From positions 27,406,001-27,470,000 of the forward strand of contig CM075987.1 in NCBI GenBank assembly GCA_038087875.1: DNA of 64,000 bases. The letters are read 5' to 3'. Both the position numbers and the translations under genes were made by a program. Each line of letters begins with the position of its first letter. Within the stretch, counting starts at the first letter, position 1. This DNA comes from Malacoraja senta (taxonomy: Eukaryota). Shown piece by piece: positions 25,011-37,670 of this stretch. Below the pieces are notes generated by a model. It made no database searches. It was not told the origin of the DNA and was given only the letters and a program-made list of their open reading frames with translations.

Positions 25011-28000
25011 GGGGGACTCAAATAGAGAAAGCTAGTGGAAAATGTGGGAGGCAGGAGGCAGAGAAGGGAAGCACTCGGACCCAAAATGTAGGGGAGAAAG
25101 AAGAAAAAGATAATAAACAAAGAATAATTGGTGGTGGGTTTCTTAAATGTGTATATTTTAATGCTAGGAGCATTGTAAGAAAGGTGGATGAGCTTAGAGC
25201 CTGGATTGACACCTGGAAGTATGATGTTGTGGCGATCAGTGAAACATGGTTGCAGGATGGCTGTGATTGGAAACTAAATATTCCAGGATTTTGTTGCTTC
25301 AGGGGTGATAGAATTGGAGGGGCAAGAGGTGGGGGTGTTGCATTGCTTGTCAAGGAAGATATTACAGCAGTGCTTTGGCAGGATAGATTAGAGGGCTCGT
25401 CTAGGGAGGCTCTTTGGGTGGAACTGAGAAATGGGAAAGGTGTAGCAACACTTAATAATAATAATAATAATAGATTTTATTTATATAGCGCTTATAGGGG
25501 TGTATTATAGACCACCAAATGGGGAGCGAGAATTGGAAGAGCAAATATGTAAGGAGATAGCAGATATTAGTAGTAAGCACAAGGTAGTGATTGTGGGAGA
25601 TTTCAATTTTCCACACATAGACTGGGAAACACATTCTGTAAAAGGGCTGGATGGTTTGGAGTTTGTAAAATGTGTGCAAGATAGTTTTTTGCAGCAATAC
25701 ATAGAGGTACCTACAAGAGAAGGGGCAGTGCTGGACCTCCTGTTAGGAAATGAGACAGGGCAGGTGGCGGAGGTATGCGTTGGGGAGCACTTCGGGTCCA
25801 GTGATCACAATACCATTAGTTTCAATATAATTATGGAGAGGGTCAGAACTGGACCTAGGGTTGAGATTTTTGATTGGAGAAAGGCTAACTTTGAGGAGAT
25901 GCGAAAGGATTTAAAAGGAGTGAATTGGGACATGTTGTTTTATGGGAAGGATGTAGAAGAAAAATGGAGGACATTTAAAGGTGAAATTTTAAGAGTACAG
26001 AATCTTTATGTCCCTGTTCGGTTGAAAGGAAATAGTAAAAATTGGAAAGAGCCATGGTTTTCAAGGGAAATTGGACACTTGGTTCGGAAAAAGAGAGAGA
26101 TCTACAATAATTATAGGCAGCATGGAGTAAATGAGGTGCTTGAGGAGTATAAAGAATGTAAAAAGAATATTAAGAAAGAAATTAGAAAAGCTAAAAGAAG
26201 ATATGAGGTTGCTTTGGCAAGTAAGGTGAAAGTAAATCCAAAGGGTTTCTACAGCTATATTAATAGCAAAAGGATAACAAGGAATAAAATTGGTCCATTA
26301 GAGAGTCAGAGTGGACAGCTATCTGCAGAGCCAAAAGAGATGGGGGAGATATTGAACAATTTATTTTCTTCAGTATTCACCAAGGAGAAGGATATGGAAT
26401 TATGTGAGGTAAGGGAAACAAGCAGAGTAGCAATGGAAACTATGAGATTCAAAGAAGAGGAAGTGCGGACATTTTTGAAAAATATGAAAACGGATAAGTC
26501 TCCAGGTCCTGACAGGATATTCCCGAGGACATTGAGGGAAGTTAGTGTAGAAATAGCAGGGGCTATGACAGAAATATTTCAAATGTCATTAGAAACGGGA
26601 ATAGTGCCGGAGGATTGGCGTACTGCGCATGTTGTTCCGTTGTTTAAAAAGGGTTCTAAGAGTAAACCTAGCAATTATAGACCTGTTAGTTTGACGTCAG
26701 TGGTGGGCAAATTAATGGAAAGGATACTTAAAGATAATATATATAAGCATCTGGATAAACAGGGTCTGATTAGGAACAGTCAACATGGATTTGTGCCTGG
26801 AAGATCATTTTTGACTAATCTTCTTGAATTTTTCGAAGAGGTTACTAGGGAAATTGATGAGGGGTAAAGCAGTGGATGTTGTCTATATGGACTTCAGTAA
26901 GGCCTTTGACAAGGTTCCTCATGGAAGGTTGGTTAAGAAGATTCAATTGTTGGGTATTAATGGTGGAGTAGCAAGATGGATTCAACAGTGGCTGAATGGG
27001 TGATGCCAGAGAGTAATGGTGGATGGCTGTTTGTCAGGTTGGAGGCCGGTGACTAGTGGGGTGCCTCAGGGGTCTGTGTTGGGTCCACTGTTGTTTGTCA
27101 TGTACATCAATGATCTGGAAGATGGTGTGGAAAATTGGATTGGTAAGTATGCAGATGATACTAAGATAGGTGGTGTTGTGGATAATGAAGTAGATTTTCA
27201 AAGTCTACAGAGAGATTTAGGCCATTTGGAAGAGTCGGCTGAAAGATGGCAGATGGAGTTTAATGCTGACAAATGTGAGGTGTTACATCTCGGCAGGACA
27301 AATCAAAATTGGACGTATATGGTAAATGGTAGCGAATTGAGGAATGCAGTTGAACAGAGGGATCTAGGAATAACTGTGCATAGTTCCCTGAAGGTGGAAT
27401 CTCATGTAGATAGGGTGGTAAAGAAAGCTTTTGGTGTGCTGGCCTTTATAAGTCAGAGCATTGAATATAGAAATTGGGATGTAATGTTAAAATTGTACAA
27501 GGCATTGGTGAGGCCAATTCTGGAGTATGGAGTACAATTTTGGTCGCCTAATTATAGGAAGGATGTCAACAAAATAGAGAGAGTACAGAGGAGATTTACT
27601 AGAATGTTGCCTGGGTTTCAGCAACTAAGTTACAGAGAAAGGTTGAACAAGTTAGGTCTTTATTCTTTGGAGCGCAGAAGGTTAAGAGGGGACTTGATAG
27701 AGGTCTTTAAAAATTATGAGCGGGTTAGACAGAGTGGACGTGGATAAGCTTTTCCCATTGAGAGTAGGGAAGATTCAAACAAGGGGACATGACTTGAGAA
27801 TTAAGGGACAGAAGTTTAGGGGTAACATTAGGGGGAACTTCTTTACTCAGAGAGTGGTAGCTGTGTGGAATGAGCTTCCAGTGGAAGTGGTGGAGGCTGG
27901 TTCGATGTTATCCTTTAAAATAGATTGGATGGGTATATGGACGGGAAAGGAATGGAGGGTTATGGTCTGAGTGCAGGTAGATGGGACTAGGGGGAAGTAA

Positions 28001-28096
28001 ATTTAAAAAATAAAAAATAAAAAAAATAAAAAAGTGTTCGGCACGGACTTGAAGGGCCGAGATGGCCTGTTTCCATGCTGTTATGGTTATGTGGTT
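25011..28096 (+). mobile_element. Near-complete CR1/HER1-like LINE (APE + RT ORF2), disrupted; inserted into a PLE pLTR
   Basis: APE motifs CVYFNARSI, ISETW, GGGVALLV, YYRPP, VGDFNFP, LDLLL, SDH. RT motifs KSPGPD, NYRPVSLTS, QHGF, GVPQGSVLGP, YADD. PLE host at 24971-25010 continues at 28097. Confidence 0.96.
25142..27990 (+). pseudogene. CR1 ORF2 (endonuclease/reverse transcriptase) pseudogene
   Basis: Broken by a 40-bp insertion at ~25455, a +1 G at ~26861, a TGA at 27001 and a +1 A at ~27710; ORF pieces of 108, 455, 243 and 84 aa. Confidence 0.93.
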
Positions 28097-28400
28097 ATAG
28101 ACACAAAATGCTGGAGTAACTCAGCGGGACAGGCAACATCTCTGGAGAGAAGGGATGGGTGACGTTTCGGGTCGAGACCCTTCTTCAGGCTGAGAGTCAG
28201 GGTAGAGGAAGTCGAGAGATATGGAAGGGTAAGGTGTGAAAATGACAGATCAAAGCACAGATGTAGAATGCGTCCTTGTTAGCTGTGGGGATGGTGACAA
28301 CCAGACATACAAACAGTAAATAGATTGAGTGAAACTAGTCGGAGAAGGGTGGGGGAGGGACGGAGAGAGAGGGAATGCAAGGGTTACTTGAAGTTAGAGA
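28097..28400 (-). mobile_element. Penelope-like pLTR/3' UTR fragment
   Basis: ATAGACACAAAATGCTGGAGTAACTCAGCGGGAC..., colinear with 21043-21360 and 54935-55275. Confidence 0.82.
28161..28188 (-). ncRNA. Minimal hammerhead ribozyme core
   Basis: Reverse complement CTGAAGAAGGGTCTCGACCCGAAACGTC, intact. Confidence 0.65.
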
Positions 28401-28410
28401 GATCTAACGC

Positions 28411-28715
28411 GGGCAGCACTGTGGCACAGCGTTAGAGTTACTGCCTTACAGCGTCGGAGACCCGGGTTAGATCCTAGATACTGGTGCTGCCTATACAGAG
28501 TTTGCACGTTCTCCCTGTGATCTGCGTGGCATTTCTCCGAGAACCTCAGTTTCCGCCCAAACTCCAAAGGTTTGTAGGTTAATTGGCTGGGTATAAATGT
28601 AAACAATTGTCCCTAGTGTTTGTAGGACAACGTTAATGTGCGGGGATCGCTGGACGGCGCAGACTCGATGGGCCGAAGGGCCTGCTTCCACGCTGTATCT
28701 CTAAACTAAACTAAA
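28411..28715 (+). mobile_element. HE1-like V-SINE
   Basis: Head, V-domain, tail and (CTAAA)n. Confidence 0.85.
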
Positions 28716-30180
28716 ATAAAATCAATATTCATACGTTGTAAGATTATATGACTGTTAGGTTGTAAGATTAAGATTGTAAGATGTAAGATGAAGGTTGTAG
28801 GTTTCTGACCTTCCTGCCTGGAGCATTGGGGTCAGCAGGTCACAGGCAAGGATTCTGGGTGGGAACAGGATGTGTCTCCATGTTGGACCAAAGGAAGGTG
28901 GGCCATGGGCAAGGTTAGCATCACTCCACTGGAGCTGGGAGATCAGGTTGTGAGGAAGGAATGATTCCTCTGTTGCTTCAGGTGACGTCTTAGAGTTTAA
29001 TAAAACACATCAGGATTAATGATCCAATTAATACAGCACAGATGGTAGTTCTGCAATTGTGCCAATTGGTTTAAATGACTAAACTCCACAATGATGGGCC
29101 TAGGAACAGTGCAGTGGCAATGTCTAGACCTGAACTACAAAATCCCCCACAAATAAAACACCTTTGCCTGTTTGGACTCAACTGCAGCTTGTAGGGTTGT
29201 TTTTAAAGGTTCTTAGGTTCTTTGTGCTCAGTGGCGCTTGTTTCTGAAACGAGCATGATTATTGTGTTCTTCGTGGGCTTTCTTCACCAGGACCTAAAGC
29301 TGCCCTCCTGAAGATCAACTAAATCATCTCAGTACGAGGAGAGAGTGCCAGGCATCCATGGGAATGTTTAGATTAGTTTAGTTTAGTTTAGAGATACAGC
29401 GCGGAAACAGGCCCTTCGGCCCACCGAGTCCGTGCCGACCAGCGATCCCTGCACACTAACACTACCCTACACACACTGGGGACAATTTTACATTTATACC
29501 AAACCAATTAACCTACAAACCAGCACGTCTTTGCAGTGTGGGAGATCTTGGAGAAAAGCCATGAGAACATACAAACACCTTTCCTACAAGAAACCTTTTA
29601 CTCAAAAACGTCGGGGGTGGGAGAGATTGGGACTGAAAACTCATCTTCAGTCTAGTTGACTATCGTTGCCATGTGTAGTGAGGTACAGTGAACAGCTTCT
29701 GTTTGCACGCTATCCGGTCAAAGACAAGACTGTACGTGGAACGGATGGAATGGAATATCTGGTTGTCACGTGTGAAAGTCTCAGTGGAATTCTTTACTTG
29801 CCGACCTATTGTCTGGAAATAGTGGCCACATAGAGGATGGTGACAAAGTGACAGTACCCACACTGGGTCCACATTGCTCTTCCCCCTCCTCCCCCCCCCT
29901 CACGGCGGTCCCCGCAAAACCTCATCCACTGCCAACCGCAGGCTCCCACCAACGAGGCCTAAACATAATCGAGACGTCAACAGTGCACAGATAGAGGGTA
30001 GAACATTGAGTGCAATGATAAAGTCCAATCAAAGGTCTCCAATGATAGAGATGGGAGGTGAGGACCGCACTCTAGCTGATGAGACAGCTCAATATGGACA
30101 GAGGATAGATGGAGGCAGGGTTAGGGTTTGATGTGTAAACAAGGCCAGGCATTGCATCCTTCACTGCAGCTTGATAACCA

Positions 30181-30197
30181 GACCACCAGGGGGACAT
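30181..30197 (+). promoter_or_regulatory. Candidate CTCF site
   Basis: GACCACCAGGGGGACA core with a CTGCAG ~13 nt upstream, resembling the CTCF upstream module. Confidence 0.35.
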
Positions 30198-30820
30198 TTA
30201 CTGCCCGCTCTTCTCTTCTTCATTCATTGATTCACTTGCCAATTCAGAAGCTTATGTGACTGCACACTTAACAGAGACATATATCTCTGTTGAAATAGTC
30301 TACTTCTTGGCAGCAGGGTGACGCAGCTGGTCGAGCCGGTGCCTCACAGCGCCGGACACCTGGGTTCGATCCTGACCTCGGGTGCTATCTGTGCGGAGTT
30401 TGCACGTTCTCCCTGCGACCGTGTGGGTTTCCTCAGTGTGCTCCGATTTCCTCCCACATCCCAAAGTCGGCAGGTTTGTAAGTTACAAAAGGAGCCAGAG
30501 TGCTGGAATAATTCAGCAGGCCAGGCAGCATCTCAGGACAACATGGACAGGTTACATTTCAGCTTGAGACCCTTCTTCAGGTTTGCGGGTTATGTGGCCT
30601 CTATAAATCACGCCTGGTGTTTAGGGAAAGTGGGATAACATTGAACTAGCACGAATGGGTGATTGATGGTCAGTGTGGACTCAGTGGGCCAAACAGTTTC
30701 CACGCAGTATCTTGCAAAACAGGTCAATCTATCAACGTTATTAAATAGTTTCAGAGGACTTATCAAACGTAGTGTCTCTGGGGGACCAGGAATCGCTGGT
30801 CCACTATCGATATTCTCTTA

Positions 30821-31137
30821 AGGCCCTGTCCCACTGTACGAGGTTACTCACAAACTCTCCCGAGTTTTCCCCTTGATTTGAACTCGGGGAATGTCGGGGA
30901 ATGTCGGTAGCGAGCCCGTAGGAGTCCGTAGATGTTTCGTAGCGTCTCGTAATGCCAGGCGTAGGTACTCGGGGCATCAGGTAAGTCGGGACGTTTTTCA
31001 ACTTGTTGAAAAATGTCCACGAGTTAAAAAAATAGCCCCGAGTACCTACGAACGGCTATTACCGTAATACTCCGAGTTCGAATCAGGGGAAAACTCGGGA
31101 GAGTTCGTGAGTAACTCGGGAAAGTGGGACAGGGCCT
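30821..31137. mobile_element. PIF/Harbinger-type MITE A (317 bp)
   Basis: ~70-bp imperfect TIRs starting AGGCCCTGTCCCACT; TTA TSD at 30818-30820 and 31138-31140. Confidence 0.88.
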
Positions 31138-31881
31138 TTAGCTTGAGTAGCTCCTCTAATTCTAGTAATACACCTCGTGTCCCCTGGCATGGGAATCATA
31201 GAACAAATGCAGAAGGAGAGCATTCGGCCCATCACATCCGTGCTGGTCAAATGAAGAGCTACCCAACCTAATCCCACCTTCTGGTCACAGGTCTTCATGT
31301 GTTCTCTCCATCTCCACCTTTCTTTCCAGCTCATGGATAGGACAGGTTTGGAGGGATATGGGACCAACGCAGGGCAGGTGGGACTAGTGTAGATGGGGCA
31401 TGTTGGTTGGCGTGGGCAAGTTGGTGCCGAAGGGCCTGTTCCTCGCTGGAAGACTCTATGAGTCTATGACACTGAGATTCAGGTGCATCCACCCACAATG
31501 ATAAAAATGTATTTTCCACCCTTCCACTCTGATTTTTCTACGTCTGACTTTACACGTCTGTCCCCTGGATACTGACCCTTCTGCTGCAGGAAATAAATCC
31601 ATCCAGTCCCCCCTTCCCCCCTCCCACCCATAATATATTACAACTTAGTTATGTCTCCCTTCAGTTTCCTCTGTTCCAAAGAAAATATCTCCAGCCCATG
31701 CACTCTTTGCCCACAGCTAACATTTTCCAGCCCTGACAACATCCTCGTAAATCTCTTCTTGTGTCTCCTTCACCGCACCCAGAGAGAAGTTGCAGTGGGA
31801 TGTACAAGAGCTCAGAGTCAGGAGGAGATGGTTTGCAAGGTTAAATGCCACCAAAAACAAAACGACAAATACATTGAGGAA

Positions 31882-32452
31882 GGTAGACATAAATGCTGGA
31901 GAAACTCAGCGGGTGAGGCAGCATCTATGGAGCGAAGGAAATAGGCAACGTTTCGGGGCCGAAACCCTTCTTCAGACTGATGTGAGGAGGGGGGGGGGGG
32001 GGGGGGGGGTGGGAAGAAGAAAGGAAGAGGTGGAGCCAGTGGGCTGAGGGAGAGCTGAGAAAGTAAGGACTACCTGAAATTGGAGAAGTCAATGTTCATA
32101 CCGCTGGGGTGCAGACTGCCCAAGCGAAATATGAGGTGCTGCTCCTCCAATTTACGGTGGTCCTCACACTGGCCATGAAGGAGGCCGAGGACAGAAAGGT
32201 CGGATTCGGAATGGGAGGGGGAGTTGAAGTGCTGAGCCACCGGAGATCAGGTTGGTTATTGCGAACCGAGCTGAGGTGTTCGGCGAAACGATCGCCAAAC
32301 CTACGCTTGGTCTCACCGATGTACAGCAGCTGATATCTAGGCCCGAAACGTTGCCTATTTCCTTCGCTCCATAGATGCTGCCTCACCCGCTGAGTTTCTC
32401 CAGCATTTCTGTCTACCTTTGATTTTCCAGCATCTGCAGTTCCTTCTTAAAC
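31882..32452 (-). mobile_element. Penelope-like element: 5'-truncated GIY-YIG portion with an inverted pLTR, 14-bp TSD
   Basis: LLYIGETKRRFGDRFAEHL...KLEEQHLIFRLGSLHPSGMN; inverted arm 32340-32452; AATACATTGAGGAA at 31868-31881 and 32453-32466. Confidence 0.92.
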
Positions 32453-32599
32453 AATACATTGAGGAAAATGGGCTGAATTATTCTAAAAACCAACGGAGGA
32501 AATCACTTTAAACTCATGTCCATTCACACCCCAAAGGTTCGGGAACCTTCTTGTCACAAAGTCCAGAGAAGGCCAGGGGAATCCCACTCTCATCATCAT

Positions 32600-32905
32600 T
32601 TAGTTTAGTTTAGAAATACAGTGCGGAAACAGGCTCTTCGGCCCCACCGAGTCCCCGCCGAGCAGCGATCCCCGCACATCAACACTATCCTATATACATT
32701 AGGGATACTTTACAATTATACCAAGCCAATTAGCCTACAAACTTTACGTCTTTGGAGTGTGGGAGGAAACCAGAGCACCTGGAGAAAACCCAGGCAGGTC
32801 ACGGGAAGAACGTACAAACTCCGTACTGACAGCACCCGTAGTCAGGATCGAACCCAGATCTCTGGCGCTGTGAGGCAACCTTTATCACTGCGCCACCGTG
32901 CCGCC
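32600..32905 (-). mobile_element. HE1-like V-SINE, full length
   Basis: Head GGCGGCACGGTGGCGCAG, B-box GGTTCGATCC, V-domain, tail. Confidence 0.9.
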
Positions 32906-33414
32906 ATCTTTCTCCACCTCTCTCTCTATCCCTCTCTATCTCTCCATCTTTCCATCTGTCTCTCCCTCTTTCCCCCTCCCTTTCCACCTCGCTCTGCCTC
33001 TCCGCCTCTCCCGACCCTTTAAGATTCTCTTTCAAACCTATCCCTTTGACTAAACATCTGATCATCTATCCTAATAACTCCTATCTGCTGTCATTTGTTT
33101 GGGTTACTAACACCCCCGCATCTGCCTGGAGGCACTCTGCCATATTGGGACTGCAATAAAGTCCAAATTGGTGTTAATGTTATTAATTTGCTGATCAATG
33201 CTGCAATCGTTGCAGCCTTAGTTCAAAGTCCCCAAAATGGCTAATGTTCAACCAAGTTTGCAAAATAGCTGTGTTGGAGACTCTTACAAAGGAATAAGGG
33301 ATTAGAGTAGGCCATTCAGCCCTTTGAATCCATTCTGAGTTTCAATATGTCCATTGTTGAGCATCTCAATCCCATTTACTGCTTTCTTCATTACTGTTGA
33401 CAAAATGTATTGAC

Positions 33415-33965
33415 GTTCTTAGAGGATGAAGGGGAACCTCATTGAAACTAACAGGGCTAACGGAATCAAGGCATATGGGGAGAAAGCAGGAACAGGGTAC
33501 TGATTCTGGATGATCAGCCAGGATCATATTGATTGGCAGTGATGGCACAAAGGGCCGAATGGCCTAGTCCTACACCTGCTTTCTATGAAACTCAACAAAT
33601 AGTGAAAGGCTTGGATAAAGTGTATGCGAACTAGATGTTTCCGTTAGTGGGAGAGTCTAGGACCAGGCGGCATAGCCTCAGAATAAAAGGACCTTTGGAA
33701 AGGAGATGAGGTGGAATTTCTCTAGTCAGAGGGTGGTGAATCTGTGGAATTCATTGCCACAGACGGCTGTGGAGGCCAAGTCATTAGGTATTTTTTAAGG
33801 TGGAGATAGATAGATTCTTGATTAGTACGGGTGTCAGGTGTTATGGGTAGAAGGCAGGAGATTGGGTTGAGAGGGAGAGATAGATCAGCCATGATTGAAC
33901 AGCAGAGTAGACTTGATGGGCCAAATGGCCTAATTCTGCTCCTATCAGTTATGAACATGAACATA
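33415..33965 (+). mobile_element. CR1 3' fragment with a nested CR1 tail
   Basis: RMKGNLIE...QRVVNLWNSLP-like segments and two CR1 3' UTRs. Confidence 0.75.
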
Positions 33966-34892
33966 TGAATATATTTGGGATGTAACATTTTTGGAACCTC
34001 ATAACATCATTGAGCCTTTAAACATAGTTGGTCAGGTTCCAGAGGGAGATAGAGTGAGCTTGGCTGAGTTCTATTCCACTGCCAGCATCTATTCAGCACA
34101 AATACAGATGAGATATTTCACATTGATTCACATTGATTTCCCTTGAATGAAAATGCCAGGCGTTGTGTGCTGGACCAGGGCAAGGATTTGTGAGTAAAGG
34201 CCATGGCTCCGGGTGCCTTAGCTGGGCATCAAGCGGACGGACTGCTGGCTTCATGATGGCCAAGGACAGTAAGGCTGGAACATACCCTGAGGTCACCCAG
34301 GAATGTGGGCTTTCACAAAGAATCACATCACGGTTGGATTAGCACCAATGTCATTGTAACTCCTCCATTGTCGCCATTCGTAATCTCTTTCATTTAAGTT
34401 TCCAAACAGGATCCAATGTCTAAACTAAACGTGGAGGTGTTTATGTACGAGGCTGCACACTGACATTATGCCCAACAAAATGCACAAGTTTTCAACAAAC
34501 TTTCCTCCCTGGAGCCAATAACTAAAACAAGGAAATTAAATTAAACTCGCAAAATGCGGTCCAGGGCAAAGTCACAGTTGGGCAGCATGGTGGCACCTCA
34601 CAGCTCCAGAGAGCCGACTTCCATCCTGACCACGGGTGCTGCCTGTATGGAGTTTGCACGTTCTCCCCACGACCCGCGTGGGTTTTCTCCAGCTGCTCCG
34701 GTTTCCTCCCACACTCCAAAGACAGACAGGCTTATAGGCAGCTTAATGTTAGTGTGCGGGGATCGCCGGTCGGCGCGGACTCGGTGGGCCGAAGGGCCTG
34801 TTTCCGCTCTGTATCTAAAACCTGTCATCTCCCAGTAATGGCCGTGGATGAGGGGGACAGATATCCATCAGTCTCCAAAGAAAGGAAGGCTG

Positions 34893-35680
34893 ACAGTCAT
34901 ATACAGCATGGAAACAGGCCTTTCAGCCCAACTTGCCCATGCTGACCAAGATGCCCCATCTACACTAGCCCTTCCTCCACCTGCCCATGTTTGGCCCATA
35001 TCCGTCTAAACCTATTATATCCATGTGCCCCATCCTAATGTAAGTAGCTGCCGCAACTACCTCCTCTGGCAGCTCATTCCACGTCATTCCCCTCTCACCT
35101 TAAACCTATGTGCTTTAGTTCTTGATTCCCCTACTCTGGGTAAAGGACTCTGTGCATCTATTGCCCTCGTGATCCTATACAGCTCTGTAAGATCACCCCT
35201 CATCCTCCTGCACTCCAAGGAATGAGGTCCTAGCTTGCCCAGCCTCTCTCTATAACTCAGACCCTCGAGTCCTGGCTGCGTCCTTGTAATGAGCCTGTCC
35301 CACTTGGCAATTTTTTAGGCAACTGCCGGCGACTGTCATAGTCGTAGCAGGTCGCCGAAAAACCAGCGACAAGCTACGTCATCCTGGTGACAACATACGA
35401 CAGCACCTACGTCAGGAGAAGTCAAGCTACGCTCATTGGCGTCAAACCCACTGTCGCCAAAACATTTTCAACATGTTGAGAATTTAACGGCGACTAGAAA
35501 GACGTTACGACTTTTTGAGCGACTGAGGAGACGACTCCCGGCAACCAGCGGCGAACAAGTGGTGACAAACTAGTTGCCTGTAGTTGCCTAAACAATCGCC
35601 TAAGTGGGACAGGCCCATTAATCTTCTATGCCCCCGTTCCAGCTTAACATCTTTCCTATAAAAGGGTGACCAGCTGAACA
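34893..35680 (-). mobile_element. Decayed CR1 3' fragment hosting MITE B
   Basis: Colinear with 46385-46970 on both sides of the MITE. Confidence 0.75.
35290..35617. mobile_element. PIF/Harbinger-type MITE B (328 bp)
   Basis: TIRs TGAGCCTGTCCCACTT... / ...AAGTGGGACAGGCCCA (~45 bp imperfect); flanks TAA / TTA. Confidence 0.85.
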
Positions 35681-36285
35681 CAAGACTGCAGATTCTATTG
35701 ACAGAGGAGCACCCTCCACAGCCTCAGGATGTCCCACCCAGGGAAGTATTTCTGTAGTCTAATCATTGGTGTGATTTAGCAGAGAACAACTAACGTACAC
35801 ATCGCAGTCCCCCACAATGTGACCACAACCTGGAGATGGACCTTGATGACCGAGGTACATGGATAAATATTGAGCTGAGTATCCATGGGAACTGCCCGAC
35901 TGTTCTCCGTGAGCTGCCAGGAGCCCTTGATGACCACAGGAGGTGCAGAGATATACATTCCTTCCTGCAACCCAGTCAACCGCGGAACACTGTGCTGCAG
36001 CAACACGCCAACCTGCAGTACACAACGTCTGCTCACGTTTCTGAGTGCCCTCGCGTAGATGTTGACGGCTTGCTGGCTTGAATGTTTGACGGCACTCTCT
36101 GTATTCTCTGGAGTTCAGAAGGATGAGGGGGGACCTCATTGTGGGTGTGGAGAGGATGTTTCCACTAGTGGGAGAGTCCAGGACCAAAGGGCACAGCCTC
36201 ACAATAAAAGGACGTACATTTACAATGCAAGTGAAACAATTCAAATAAAACCATGGTATTGTGGTAGGATTCACAAAGAAATGAA

Positions 36286-36585
36286 AGCAGCACGGTGGCG
36301 CAGCGGTAGAGTTGCTGCCTCACAGCGCCAGAGACCCTCATTCGATCCCAACTACGGGTGCTGTCTGTACGGAGTTGATACGTTTTCCCTGTGACCGTGA
36401 GGGTTTTCTCTAGGTGCTCCAGTGTCAAAGACGTACAGGTTTGGAGGTTAATTTAGCGCTGGTAAGGTGTAGAAATGTCACCAGTGTGTGTAGGATAGTG
36501 TTAATGTACGGGGTGATCACTGGTCGGTGTGGACTCAGTGGGTCAAAGGGCATTTCCACGTTGTATCTCTAAAGTCAAAAGTAAA
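36286..36585 (+). mobile_element. HE1-like V-SINE nested in a CR1 fragment
   Basis: Head and tail present; CR1 sequence at 36095-36220 and 36590-36810. Confidence 0.8.
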
Positions 36586-37029
36586 GTTTAGAATGGAGAT
36601 GGGGAGGAATTTCTACAGTCAGAGGGTGGTGAATCTGTGGAACTCATTGCCACAGACGGCTGTGGAGGCCAAGTCAATGGGCTATTTTTAAGGGGGAGAT
36701 TGGCAGATTCTTGATTAGTGCGGGTGTCAGGGGTTATGGGGAGAAGGCAAGAGAACAGAGTTGAGAGGGAAAGATAGATCAGCCATGATAGACCTGATGG
36801 GCCGAATGCCCTCATGTCTCGTTTCCTCATTTTGTTCCCCAGTAAGATTGTGGGGCTGCACTTTCTCCTTGCTTTCGTGACTTCATTTGGTAAAAGACAT
36901 AAATATCGCCTGCAGTGAGATTTCCAACCACACTGGTCTGAAAAATCATTGTTCTTCTTTACTGACAGAATAACTAGGTTTAACTAACCCTACTTCCCCT
37001 GAAACCGTGACATTTAAAGGGTCGACACA

Positions 37030-37455
37030 TGGGCGTCACGGTGGAGCAGCGGTAGAGTTGCTGCCTCACAGCGCCAGAGACCCGGGTTCCATCCGGATCA
37101 CGGGTGTCATGTTTCTTGATTAGTACGGGTGTCAGGGGTTACGGGGAGAGGGCAGGAGAATGGGGTTAGGAGGGAGAGATAGATCAGCCATGATTGAATG
37201 GTGGAGTAGACTTGATGGGCCGAATGGCTTAATTCTACTCCTACTCCTTAGGAGTTAGTACGTTCTCCCCGTGACCTGCGTGGGTTTTCTCCGAGATCTT
37301 TGGTTTCCTCCCACACTTGAAAGACGTACATATTTGTAGGTTAGTCGGCTTGGTACAAATGTAAATTGTCTCGAGTGTGTGAAAAATAGTTAATGTGCGG
37401 GGATCACAAGTCGGTCTCGATGGGCCGAAGGGCCTGCTTCCGCATTGTATCTCTA
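37030..37455 (+). mobile_element. HE1-like V-SINE interrupted by a CR1 tail (~37110-37250)
   Basis: SINE head at 37030-37106; V-domain resumes at 37258. Confidence 0.8.
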
Positions 37456-37465
37456 AAAAAACACA

Positions 37466-37670
37466 TAATGCTGGAGTAACTCAGCATGTCGGGCAGCATC
37501 CCTGGACAACATGGATAGGTGACGTTTTGGGTCGGAACCAGTCTGAAGAAGGGTCTTGACCCAAATCATGACCTAGCCATCTTCTCCAGGGATGCTGCCT
37601 GACCCACTGAGTTACTCCAGCACTCTGTGACTTTCCTCGGTAAACCACTAGCTGCAGTTCCTTCTTTCTA
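37466..37670. mobile_element. Short palindromic PLE-derived element
   Basis: Arms GCTGGAGTAACTCAG... / ...CTGAGTTACTCCAGC meet at a decayed hammerhead (CTGAAGAAGGGTCTTGACCC at ~37543). Confidence 0.8.
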
